This document shows, piece by piece, positions 26,346-38,800 of a stretch of DNA of 64,000 bases. A program made the translations under genes and the position numbers. Location: positions 62,001 through 126,000 of the forward strand of contig DF237027.1 in NCBI GenBank assembly GCA_000708835.1, read 5' to 3'. Origin of the DNA: Klebsormidium nitens (taxonomy: Eukaryota; Plantae; Klebsormidiophyceae). Position 1 is the stretch's first letter. Each line of letters starts with the position of its first letter. The notes beneath the pieces are model-generated. The model had not been told where the DNA came from. It did not search any database and saw nothing but the letters and a program-made list of their open reading frames with translations.

Positions 26346-27796
26346 ATGGCGTTTTCTGCAATCAGGTGAGCTCAGCACGCCCTCCAAAGCAGCATGATCA
26401 CTTGCTGAGCACGTTTCGATTTTTAAAGCGTAGGATACAGTTGAAGCCGGATTGAAAAGCTCGCTATATCTTCTGGCATGCAAGAATGTACTTTATCTCA
26501 CAGCGGTGCAAAACTACTTGATGCTGTTGACGCTGCTGGAACATGGTGGATTCAGATTCTGCTCCGGAGCTCTCAGGTATTCTTTAGCTCTTCTGACCGG
26601 CGCTGAACTGCAAAGATTTCGTGCTTTTTGGTACAGAACTGGCCAGAGGAGATACATTCACTGATCAACTTACACGAATGCTTTGCCAGCTTTTAGGATC
26701 AGTGGTCGAGCATAAGCAGGCAATTAATGCATGCAAAGTTCTCGCAGGTTTTCGACTTCAGTGGTGCAGAACGCGGCAATTATGACTGGTCCAATGCCAA
26801 AGAAAGTTCACTCCACTTACTCGCCTTTCGCTAGCCGGTCATACGCCGTTCCGCTGAAGAAAGGCTCAGTCCTATGTGGATCCAAGCATGAAGACAATCG
26901 TTTCATGGCCTGCAAGAGCTGGGTAAGCTTTAGCAGTTTACGCAATCTGTGCCAGCTACTGGAATCCGCCAGGATGATTTTTGCGCTTCATGTGCCTTTT
27001 GATTTTGCTGGCTTCATTGTCACCGAGATGTGACCAGAGCCTTCAAAGCTGGCCTCTACAGATCTTGGAGTAGGTTAATTGTTCATGAGGCTCTTTGACG
27101 ATAATCTGTTGATTCTTTCTCTGGTGACTGCTGCTTGCTATTTATGCAGTCAGCCTCTGATTGTAGAGCAGCATCCATTCCATTCTTTTGATTGGTGCAT
27201 CGCGCAGGTGACCACAAGGACTTCATCAGAAAAACAGAAGCGGTCAGGAGCGCCCAAGCAAGTCTCAAAGATCCGAGCTCGGGTGAGCATTCTTCACACT
27301 GGAAACTTTCGATGGCGCTGATCACAGTTTCCGTTCAGGACGTATCGCTCCATTGCGCAGCACTTATAATAGCACAGGGAATTGCTTCAGAGAACGGATC
27401 AATGCGCTTTCAATGGGTTTTGAATGCATTTTGTGCTGTACATTTCTTCAATATATTTGCTTTCGAGGTTGCCTGCTGGTGGTCAAGGGTGTATGTTAAC
27501 AAGCTGTCTGACACTCGTCTCCTCCTTATCAACAGAACGAGGATGTTCATGAAGTTGAGGGAGGTTCTGAAGAGGAAGAGCTGCAGCTGGACGAGTCTAA
27601 TTCCATGCTGGAGTTGAAGCCAGAAGTCACGGGGCTTCCCATGTGCATCTGGATCAGCCAAAAGCACCCTGGGCGTATCTTCGTTTCAAAGCGCTATGGA
27701 GACGATGCTGAAGCTGGGGACTGGTTCGTAATGAACTTCGAAGACATGTTATCTGGTCCAAGAGGGAGTTCGGACGACTCAGAATCGGAGAACTAA
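26346..27796 (+). CDS. Paralog 2 of a tandem triplet: transit-peptide-like N-terminus plus truncated 'VTGLP..IW.S' domain
   Basis: Exons 26346-26365 (MAFSAIR, donor gtgagc), 26748-26922, 27208-27282 and 27536-27796 join in frame with canonical GT-AG sites (176 aa). The last exon contains LKPEVTGLPMCIWISQKHPGRIFVSKRYGDDAEAGDWFVM. Confidence 0.72.
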
Positions 27797-28855
27797 TCTA
27801 GCAGACACGTCAGTGTAGACCGGACATTCTGGTGCTTCCGTAATGGTCTACTACAGGAAGCAAGGGTTTCAGAAGGGATCCATTCGTGGCGACAGCATGA
27901 CTAGAAGGCGAGCAGTTTTTGATATTTGAGCATCTGTGTACGGACGTCTTCGCGTTGATCTTTCCGAGTCAAACTGATTACTCAACCAGTGATCTTTTGA
28001 TGAGTTTGAAGTAGAGCGGCTCCTTGCATCGATCCAATTGAGAGAAGCCCTTGTGTATTCAGCATGGTTTGTGAAGCAAGCGCCGTCATGCGTCAACGAG
28101 TTGCTCGGGTCTAACCTGTGAAGGCTCGCTGGACTTAGCATTGGTATGCGCCTCGAGCGGTGACACGGCTAATAATGACGCTGCACAGATGGGGGTATCT
28201 TATAATGGTCCAAGTAGGAAATTCAGATCGCTAGGAAGTCATCCAAGTCGCCGTTCTGATTGATGAATGTAATCAATGTTTTTTGACATCTGGCCGAGTG
28301 CCTACTATGATCAACCAGGCACAGACTTTAATTCAGGGATACTTGTGAGTCCTTATTTCCTTATTTTAGAGCAAGCGTGCTTGATTGCTTATATTAGCGG
28401 GATCGATCTATACTAATATCTATACGTGACGCAGTTCTGCTTCGTGCAGAATAATGATTCGGAGCTTTCGTCTCAACTTGAATGCTTGGTCTAGATTTCC
28501 CTCGCCTGACGTTCCGCCCACCGGAGACCTGGTGTCAGGCAAGTCAGCAGAAGGGCCGCAATTTTCGCGCGCGTACAACCTTTGCGCAGCTAAGATAGTC
28601 TCATTTGCGTGCTCTCGACGTGAATCGATCCTCTAGGGTCTTAAGACTTTGCAGCAGTCGATCCCCGGTTGATTCTCTATAAAGGGACGTTCCCTGTTGC
28701 GGAAGCCTGGGGGCCCTGAAGGCCCGGGGGGTGACGGGGCGGGCTCATCTGGTCGCGAACCTGAAGAAAGTCGCGTATCTACAGCAGCTGGCCGCCTCTG
28801 ACCTCAATGAATTAGTACCACCCGGCACCCTTTTGAAGTCTTCGGCGGCAAGAGC

Positions 28856-30632
28856 ATGGCGCTTTCAGCCCTCAGGTGATGACCAAGATAGCAACATCTG
28901 CTAAACACTTAGTTAAAGCTGAAGGGTTTGATTGTCCTTCAAGAATGCTGGTGGGTACCACTCTTATTTTTGCAGTCCGCTTCTAATCTGATGCGTACTC
29001 CCCAAGTATGACAACATTGAATACAAAGCTCGGTCTGGTGGTGTACGCTCCTCTGTGGTATCTTCTCAAGAACTGTTCACCGCTCTCTTGTTTGCGTGTG
29101 GCCGTGAAGCAAAAGGTCGCAATCAAAGGTTCGTGGTGGAAGCGAGCTTTTGTACGAAGGCAGCTGACGGTGTACGCTTGAAGCAGACCTTCACTGTTTA
29201 CCCTTCTCTGACATTTCTAAAATTGCACGGGCAGAATTTTCAAGGTTATCTGCCCTTAAAATCCTGTGGGCGCCGTTGGCTTGTCTTCGTTCAACAAAGA
29301 CCACGAGACACAAAACAAAGCCAACCAACGAATCCCACGGACTTTGCCAGGTGCTCAAATCTGGCTAGGGGAGTTCCCTCTACGACTCCGGGAACCGACA
29401 ACAGCCTTTCACAGCGCTGCGCATATGTTCCTCTTGGATACGCTTCGCTTGCTGGAGGCTTCGACAACTGCCTCCAGGCATTCGTGCCTCAAAGGGATGC
29501 ACTTCGTGGAACGCTCCGTCCTTGCAGGTATGAAACTCTGGGTGCCGTCCCAAGTTTTCACTCAAGCCGAGTCTCTGGAGGTTAGTTGAACCTGAACCTT
29601 CGTTCCGCGAAGAGCATTTGATCCTTTGGCAGCATTTAGGATTATGCTAGTATCCATGTGATCAAAACGTTCTCGTTCGATTTGAACCATGCAATCTCAA
29701 CAGCTGCGGCCCGTTGTTGACCATGTCTGTGCTGCATCAAACCCGCCAACTTTGCCTTTAAGACGTTCTCGGACCCAATGTATCTCTGGTGCAGAAACAA
29801 AACACACTCAAGGTCTTGGCAAAGAAAAAGGCTCAGCCAGCTCTCACGCGAACCCAGAAGTATAGGACGGCGGTGAGTGACTTCTGCTGGGCAGCTTTCA
29901 GCGCGCTCCCCGTGATCTTTCTGCTGAGGAAGTGGGTCCCTCTAAGTTCGTTAGAGGATCTCACATCTGTGCGGCAAGGATTCACAGCAAACCGCTTCTT
30001 GTTAGGAGAAAAAAACAAAAAACCCCTTGCATTGCAACCAATGGGCCTTTCCAAAGGGCACGATTGGCTCTCTAACAGTCAGTTAACGCGGTGAAAGGTC
30101 GTGCTCTGCTGACCACTTCTTCTTCCGACCAGTAAGGCGAAGCCTGCATGTTGCAAGGTCAAGGCCCGCTGCATTTCATTCCGGCTTTCCTCCTTGCTTT
30201 CGTGCGGGATTTGTCATTTGGTAGAGCAGAAGTTCATGGCAAAGCTTCCGTCCATTTCAGGACAAGTATCGTGAAGAGGTGGCGGCAGTCGACATGGCGC
30301 ACGTAAAGAGACTGGATCCCAGTGTGACTGGGCTTCCGATGTCGATTTGGCTCAGCCCAAGACATGGGGACTACAGCCCTCGGTTGTGGGTTGCACAAGA
30401 CTACGGGGAGCAAGGGACAGCCGGAGAGTGGTTCATTATGAGTGTTGCTAAGCACTCGAAATCTGTAGGAAACTCGGGGCGTATTGACATCGATGATTTC
30501 GAGATTATAGAAAAGTTCATCCGGAAGAATCGGAAGTTACTGGAAGCTTGCTGGGAGCAGGACACGTGCTTCGACATCGATGACGTTGTTGCGCGCTTGA
30601 AGAAGCTTTCAACAGCTCAATCGCAAGGATAA
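28856..30632 (+). CDS. Paralog 3 of a tandem triplet: transit-peptide-like N-terminus plus full-length bacterial/phage-type small domain
   Basis: Exons 28856-28875 (MALSALR, donor gtgatg), 29351-29527, 29795-29872 and 30230-30632 join in frame, all introns phase 2 (225 aa). C-terminal domain: RLDPSVTGLPMSIWLSPRHGDYSPRLWVAQDYGEQGTAGEWFIMSVAKHSKSVGNSGRIDIDDFEIIEKFIRKNRKLLEACWEQDTCFDIDDVVARLKKL. Confidence 0.75.
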
Positions 30633-32250
30633 CGTAAATGTTGTCGAAGTCGCTCCTTCGGAATGTAGTTCCATCTCATTGTGACATTTGTCCCCCATCT
30701 TTCAAACTCAACCCTTCATTCACGGTCGACCATCTCAGTTGTTCGCATGTAGACTTCGCTGATTTAACGAGTGTGTGGCGAACACATCATTGAAGAGCGC
30801 GCGGCCAGCGTATGTTACATTGATTGGGACTGCCGTCAGTGGTGCTAGCACTTCTCCGACTTATTGTTGCACAATGAGTATCTCAAGATCAGGCGGGCAT
30901 TCTAAAAAGTATCTATGGTCGGCTGCAGTGAAACGAAGACGGAACGAAGTTTTGGAGAGCTGACCATGCACCCCACTGATTCATTGGGGGCCAGCTCAGC
31001 TACTCGTTGCTTGTCAACTAGCCGCTCGGACAAGAAAAGCTGGACGGTGCATGCTGGCGCTGTGGAGTAAACTGTCTGTTATTGTTATTGTTATTGGCCA
31101 ACGACATTAAATAAAGTGGCGCACCGCGTGCCGTAGTACCACTCCCCCATGAGTACGCCCTCTAATTCCGGGTTTAAATAACCTGGCGTACTCGATCAAT
31201 TGCCGATGTTCTGATCATGACGGGATCATGACAATATCACGTCTAGAACCTCAGTGGGAGATAAAAAGGCGTGTGAAGGGCGCACGCCGTGAATGTAAGA
31301 CCCAGTACTATGGAGAATAATTGGGAGAAGCCCTCAGAACTGAATTATGGCCATCGTCGACAGCTGGATGTAGGGCAGTTATACGGAGTCCATGCTGAGG
31401 CACGCGGGGAGGCACGCATGAGAACATTGAAGAAGCCAGGCTAAGTCTGGCACCAGTCATGAGTTATGAGACGTCGGCCCGTCACGCTGTGGCCCCTGTC
31501 TGGCATGATGATCTAAACTTATGGGCCTTCAAGTGCCCAGCTGCAACGCGCCGGAGCAAATCATGGATTCTGGCCGACTGGCTCCGCTTCCGTACGGTCA
31601 GAGGCAGTCATTACTACAGCATACATATTGCGTGCGAGGCATGATCCACGTGGAGGTTCACGCGGCCGCGGGCTGCTTTCAAGTTTCGCTCCGTACAGTT
31701 GCGACGGGACGGTACCGCCTGGGCCGGCCCTGGTGCCGCCCCGGCTTGCTGAAGCACCGGCGGCTTGCCGGAACCCTAGATAAATGCCCAATGCCCAATT
31801 ACTATTAGAAGAAGTTCCATTCGAGAATGCATGTGCGCCCAATTTGTAAATTCTGCAGTTGGCAGCGCGAACAAGGTTCCAGCCCGAGAGAAGATGATGA
31901 CGTCGTAATTCAGCTTCTTTTGTACCTACCTGCAAAGCAACTGTACCACGCTTTTCAGCTCACATTTTTCGTGTCTTCTGAGACTGCACGCCAAGTTTCT
32001 CAGCCTGTTCGGCAAATGCTTTGAGAATAAGGCCCAAGATTGACCACGAAAATGATTGGCCTTTGTCATTGAGTCGCCCGTCAAATCATGAGCATAGCTT
32101 TCTAAGCTGTTAAAGACAGGTCGGGTGCTCCAGAGGTTCAGGTTGGTTGAAAGAGGGGTTCCACTCGAAGGGCAGGGAATCATCTAGGACCCCAAGCATC
32201 ATGGTCAGCAAGTTTTTTACGTTTCACTCTCTCGTCAGAGCTGTCCAGCC

Positions 32251-33536
32251 ATGTCTATAGCTGCTCAGGGCATCAGGAGCCTAGGGTTTAGCAGAAGAAG
32301 GTCAGGCGATGATGCGAGCAATACCTCAGAGGAACATGGTCGAGCTTTCCGGCATGGAGCTGACTCAAGGGCGATCCAGTCCTCGCTGGACTTTCGGTCG
32401 AGGAGCGAAACACCGTGCCACTCTCAGATCTCGCCTGACATTCGTTCTGTCAGCCCATCGCCTGGTAAAGTCAGACGTGAGGCGTTCACCAATGTAGCGA
32501 CAGAACTTGCAAGCCCAGAGGCAGCTGTCCCTTCTTTCTTTGGTCAGAGAGAAGGCGAACGGGCTCTCCGTTCCAGCCAGCAGATAGTTCCGAGAAGATC
32601 TTACTCTAATGCGAGCTCAGCAACCGCTGCCGCAAAGCCAAACGACGCCAAGTTCTGGTTCACGAAAGCGAAGGCAGTTTACAGCTGTCGGCCATTTTCT
32701 CCAAAGAAGAAGCAAGGGGCGCCATTGAAGCCCAAGGGGCCTGCTCGCCGCTCGGCAAGCTTTGCCTCTGTTTGGCCAATCACGGGGATCGGGGATGGCG
32801 TTCCGCACAGGCAAAATGTCAATCTGACGAATTACAGTGATGATACTGTGGAAGATACCGTATGCAAATATGAGACTGCAACGGTAGGAGGAAGCTCAGC
32901 TGTAGGTTCCGAAGGAAGGCCGGATGATGAAAGCTCAGGACAACTAGACTCGGCTGGCTGTTCCTTCGAACAGCTGGCGTCAGACACTAGCGCAGCAAAT
33001 GCAGCTGCAAATCAAAGTAGGTACACTGCGTGCAGAAGTGGTATTGCGGCAGAGCATCCGCACAGATATGAGCCAGCTGAAAGTCATGTGTACACCAGGA
33101 TTGAGTCAGGCAGAATTGCAAGCACCAGCAGCCCGTCCCCTCCCCCCCGCTCGCCCGCCCGCTACTTACCCCGCCGCAGCAAGAGCGTCACAGATGCTGA
33201 CATCAGGCCCCCCTTCTATCCCCAGCCTGGCATCAAAGACGGCGAAAGCCTGCTCGAAACTCTGCCCCAGGGGGGGCTCTATGAGAGCACGCTTGAGCCA
33301 CCCCACGACGGCTCAGCTTCGCGCCTGCGACATGCAAAGTCATTGACAGTTGTGACTCTCCTTGGGGGTGACTCGGATGATGAGCAGAGAGGGCGCCGCC
33401 AGGGGCGGCGGAGGACCTGGAGTTCGCTGCAGCTAGGACAAAGCTTGAGGGGCGATCTGGAGGCCTCTCCGCCTTCCTCTCCTTTGGGGAGGAGCAGGTC
33501 GAAGACCGGGAAGAGATCCTTCACGAGCAAGTTCGG
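32251..33536 (+). CDS. Large Ser/Arg/Pro-rich, probably disordered exon; possibly the first exon of the downstream coiled-coil/EF-hand gene
   Basis: A 429-codon ATG-initiated ORF ending at a strong donor (TTCGG|gtgagt, 33536/33537). I recognise no domain, and the link to downstream exons is not resolved. Confidence 0.55.
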
Positions 33537-35334
33537 GTGAGTGTCTCCGGTGCAGAAGAAAAGAGACGTGTTGGCATTTTTCCTCTGGTGGGTGTGTGGT
33601 AACTGGCAGTACGCACTGTTTGGTAGCTGGGATGGTAAACGAGCCGCCCATCCCTCCGTTTGCTTGGGTGTCAGCTTGGCTTGTTCCTCACACCTCAGCT
33701 CACACCCTGCTTGGATCACTGTGATTCTCACTATTGCAATTGTATCAAACCTCATGTAACTCTCAAACAAAGTAGACATTGCTGCATGTTCGCACACGAC
33801 CTCCAGGGAAAGAACAGACTTGGTGGTAAAAGCTCGGACTTAAACTACTGGAAACTGCAGAGGAGCGGTATATTATTGAAGGATCCCACGCTTACTGGAG
33901 ACGTGTTATGAGATGAATCTCCCGTCGCTGCTGAAAACATGCTGAAGGTTGTGTCTCAGCCATTGATATTGGGATGGCGCTTACGAGACGGCATTCGTAG
34001 GCACTGAACCCGTCCCTCCAATCGAGCGGGTATTGATGCTTGTCAAGAATGTCCGCCTCTCGTGATAGTCTTTCCTTTCTCGCTTCTTCAAGCCTTCTGC
34101 TGCTGCCGCTCCATGACAAAGACACCTTTTCCAAGTGGATTGGAGTACGACAATTGTCAAGTTGTTTCCCATGAACATAGCCATTTTGCCTCTGTAGAAC
34201 CGTTTGCAATCACTGATTCTCTTCCGTGTTCTCCTCGAGCATGGACCGACGAAGCAGCCACATGCATAACAACGTTCATCGGAAAAGCAGGCTCTGTCTT
34301 TTGTTCATAGTAAAAGTATAGCTGCACAACCAAGGATTTTCTTTCCTCTCCTGCCGTTGCGCAGATCGAGCCGGCATCGGAAGCGCAGTTATTTGGCCGG
34401 CAGTGATCCAAGCTTCCGAGGCGTTTCCGGTAAGACGTTCCGTCCATGTTCCGTGCTGAACCCCTCTGAACAATCTTGACAACCTGAGAAAGGTTAGTTC
34501 CAACCGGGAACACGATCTGGACTTTCATTGGCGCTTTTGAGCCAATTGGCGATGAGATTTCAGGAACTGTAACCGCTTGACTCCTATTGGTCGATGGAGG
34601 GTGTTGCTGTACATAGGATAAGCCTCTACGAGAGAACCTGTGATGACGTCTGACGGGTCGAGCATTGAAATGCTCTTTCAAAGGTTGATCTTCATGCGAC
34701 CCTCTGGAGCTTTGGATGCTAAGGCTTTTGCAATTCTAACCGACGGAAACCATGCAATTGGAATATACAACCCAAACGGGCCGCTCCTGCTTGACTGCTT
34801 TACTCTTGCCCCAAAGACATGCCCATCGGCACGTCACTGCCAAAGACTCTCGGCTGTGACGTCATTCCGTTCGTCATCCTGCAGAGGAGCACAGTCGCAC
34901 GTCGCTTGATGGTACAATTGCGTTCGAGGTTAGTCGTCCCCGCCGCGCTTTGTTCGGACTTCGATCACAGCTGCTTTCCGGACTTCCGTTCTGAGAGCCC
35001 GAACTTCTGGAAGACATTCCAAGATGGATGTCTCGAAATACAGCTGTTTGCGTCAAACTTGGCATCCGGTTCCACCATTCCGAGTCCTCCGCGCATGGTC
35101 CTGATCTTGAGCCGTTCGATGCCTTCCCTTGTCGTCGATCGGACGGTCCAAGGTCAGGAACCACGCTCTCAACTTGAACGTCGGATCTTGAAGTGGGTTC
35201 CCAAAGGTCTCCAATTTCGTACTCGAGAGGCCTCTAAGTTTTGTTATCGGCGGACGAGACTTTAAGAATTCAGCCAGTCTCGCACATCAACACCTTCTAC
35301 AAGGGGCGTGGACTCGCATTTCAGAGCTCAATGT

Positions 35335-35812
35335 AAACTGTCCGAACATAGAAAACCAGGATAGGCATTTGACCAGATCTACGGTTTGCGGATCTCAAAG
35401 CTTATCGTGGACTGTCCAATGTAAGAAATCAGGTTATGCATTTGACCAGATTTGCGATTTGCGGCTGCTGAATGCGGAGCGGTCGGTCAGGGCATGTGCC
35501 GTGGAAGACCGGCCGTCGCGCAAGGGGATGGAGCTCTGGTATACTGTCCAAATTTGAGAATCAGGTTACGCATTTGACCAGATTTTTGGTTCGCGACTCA
35601 GTTAAATGCGGAGCGGTCAGTCAGGGCCTGGGCCGCAGAAAACCGACCGCCGCTGAAGAGGATGGAGCTTTCGTAAACTGTCCGAATGTAAGAAATCAGG
35701 TAACATGCTTAACCAGATCTGTGGTTTATGGTTGCAGACACAGTTGAATGCGGAGCGGTCGGTCAGGGCGTGGGCCGCGGAGAACCGGCCGCCGCGCAAG
35801 GGCATGGACCTC
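35335..35812 (+). repeat. Tandem array (~132-bp unit, 3 full copies plus 1 partial) spanning an intron/exon junction
   Basis: The unit actgtcc...aatcagg...gcatttgaccagat...aatgcggagcggtc.gtcagggc...ggatggagct recurs at about 35335 (partial), 35412, 35543 and 35676. The last copy contains the real acceptor and exon start. Confidence 0.85.
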
Positions 35813-38800
35813 GCGATCAAGGCGGCCGCGGATGCTAATGCACATCTCAGCACCAACTACGAGAAGGCGAAGAACAAGGTGAACTTTCCATTCCAACGTT
35901 TCTGTCAGTTACGAGACATTGTCATGGTCACCTTGAAAGGTATTGACTCTTTTCGATCTGAGGAACGAATTCAAACGAGGCAAGAGAAGTGCTGCCCGGC
36001 GGTTGACTTGTTGAAAGTGAAGGTGACAATAGCACACGTTTCGCGTCTTGAGAAGGATCTAGGGAAATAAGACGATGTGAATAACAAGGCTGAAGTGCAA
36101 GGTTCTTTTCTTAGGGCAGCGACAAGCACGGCCAAAGGACTTCGAAAGAAGACAGACAAAACTGAGGTTCACATTGCGTCAGCTTGCATCAATGGTTTAG
36201 TACATTCTCGTGGTGGGGTTGAATCACCAATTCGGTGCGCGATGTCAACTCCAAGATTCTTTTTCTTACCATCTTTAAGGGTTATCCAAAATTGGTCTAC
36301 TCAAATCATCCTTAACCATTGCAGGCCCGGCAGCTGCAAGCTCAACTGGAGCGCCTGACCGAGATCAGCGCAAACCTGGACCGCAGCCTGTCCGCGTATG
36401 AGGAGCTGACACGTGGCGACCAGGAGGTGCTCCAGAAGCTGGAGGACGCGAATGACGTCACGGAGGGGGAGAGGATGACGACCAAGCGGTACGAGCACAT
36501 GCTGACACGTGTCCAGGAGGAGCTGTCCAGGCTCAAGGGGTCGGTGGACACGATAACCAAGGAGGTTAAGGCGGCGGAGAGGGCACGGGTTAGTGTTATC
36601 GCGCCTTCAACTTTATTGCTTGGTGCCGAGTCGCACAGTTAGCAAATGTGTATTCCGCGTAACCTGCTAAGGTTTGGCCGCAGCAGTGCGATGGTCAAAG
36701 GTTCTGTTTACGCGGTGACGGATTTGCAATAAAGAATAGGACAACAAAAGGAACGCCAACTGCTTGTCTGATCGTAACACGAATCCAGGCGCGTTTGGGC
36801 AGCATTATCAAAACAGAAAACGAGTGCGTGAGACGAAGCAGCACCCGTGCGAGAACAGAAAGTCGGGATCACAGGGTCAGTGAACGAGAGCATAGGTCAA
36901 TCGATATTGCAGATTTTCCCTTCGTTCAAAGTTGGTCGTGATGAGCGGCAGGAGCGTCCAAGGACTTTAGCCCCGCTCCTTTCAAGCCGCGGGTCGACGA
37001 CACTGGCCGAGAACAAGTACGAGCAGAGTGTAAAGGATGAGCTTGGAAAGAGGGGACCAGAGATAGTTGGGATTGCCACTTTACAAGCCAGATTGACTCG
37101 TTTGATCCAGATGCCGTTGCCTTAAGCGACAGCTTCGGCCGCTCACGAGTCGACAAACCCGCGAAAGAGATACTAAACCTTAATGCTCAACATTGAGCGC
37201 GGTAGACTTGGGCATGTCTCTCGTTACCAACGCTTTTGGAGCGATCACTCATCGCTCACCTTGTTGCCTGCTTCAGGCGGCGGTGACGCAGCGGCAGGAG
37301 ACGGGCCCAACGAACCCACAGACGGCCGAAAAAGTGATCCACCAAACAGACCTTGGCTCGATATAAATCACGATTTCTCAGAGGAGCCCGACACAGCTTG
37401 ATTCGAAAACAACCACTTATAGCGTCATCTCGTCTTCCGCTTCAGGCGGCCGTGACGCAGCGGCAAGACAAAATCCGCAAAGCCCAGATTCCTTCGTTCA
37501 TCTCGTGTCTGTAAACTTTCAAGCGACGAGTCAATACACCCGCATATCCTCTTGGCTCACTTCTTGACAAGTAACGAGCGCCCTAGATTTGACATTAGTC
37601 ATCAGTGCCAACACTGTATAAAGAACAACCACTCAATAGCGGCATCTCGATTTCCGGCTTCAGGCGGCCGTGACGCAGCGGCAGGAGGGCGCGCGCGCGG
37701 AATCGGTGGGCGCGCGCGAGGCCCTGGTGCGCGCGAAGCGCGAGCTGGGGGGGCTGCACTTCGCGTGGCACGCCCAGCTGGACGAGCTCAAGCGGGAGAA
37801 CGAGTGAGCGCCACGTGGCGCAACCTCGGCCGTTGATGTGTCGAGTCCACAGATGGGGGCACGCGCTCTGATGCATGCGAACCGCGGTTTGCGGCTTCAA
37901 GGATCGCACTGGCAAGAAAGAAGCAATGCTAAAATATACTTGAAAGTCAGCGTTGCCCATTTCAGGATCAATACGCAATCACGTACAACCTGAGCAGCGA
38001 AAATTTTGCGACCCTTAATCCTTTTCCGTTGCTCCGTGCGCGGTCCAGTGAAGTGTCGTATTTACTGGTAGCAATTTTGATCTCTGTACTGAAGGGCGTC
38101 AACTCCTCCGATCTATCGAAGCTAAGATCTGCTCCCACCGACGCTTTGTACTACAGAGTCTCCGTTTTGCTTGTGCACTCTCAATGCTCATTATCTCCCC
38201 TCAAACACGGTATGCTGATCAAACCTGACCGTCTGTCAACGTTAGGGAAAACGAGGAGGCAGTCCAGTACTCCGTGCGGCGGGAGCGGATGCGGCAGCGG
38301 ATCCTGCGGGAACTAGGCAAGAACGGAAAGCCGGTGAGGTGGCGGAGCGTTCTCTACTAAGAAAATCTTTGATGTAAGCAACTTCATGACGGTTGAAAAC
38401 GTTGCGAAACGCTTGATCAAACCCTTTCAAACGTTCCGAAAGGCTTGATATAACTACGTGGCTGCTCAACTTTGGCTTTCGACACTCTCTCCGTATAAAT
38501 CCTACATTTTGGGGCTTCGAAGACCTTGCTCTAGGTTCGACTCCAGAAACTGCTCCAATTGCGAGAAACGTCGTTCGATAAAGGTCCAGCCAAGCGTACC
38601 AAAGTTATCAAAGCCCACTGACGAGTTTGCTGTTTCGTGACACTGTAGATCGAGACCCTGGTTTTAAGTACGCTTTCCAGTATGAGCCGGGAGAAGAAAG
38701 TCCACCACCAATCTGAAAAAGGAGACTTTTCAGTCGATACTGATCTTAAAATTCGGAGTGCATTTTAAGAGCGCATGTGTTCTTTAAAAGGGGACTTTCC

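Noticed and set aside
22907-28770. Shared 12-mer CGAACCTGAAGA upstream of paralogs 1 and 3 as a common promoter motif
   Set aside because: Many 12-mer matches are expected by chance in 64 kb, it was not seen upstream of paralog 2, and the distances to the ATG differ greatly.
29055-29585. 176-aa single-exon ORF
   Set aside because: Better explained as an open intron plus exon 2 (29351-29527) of paralog 3.
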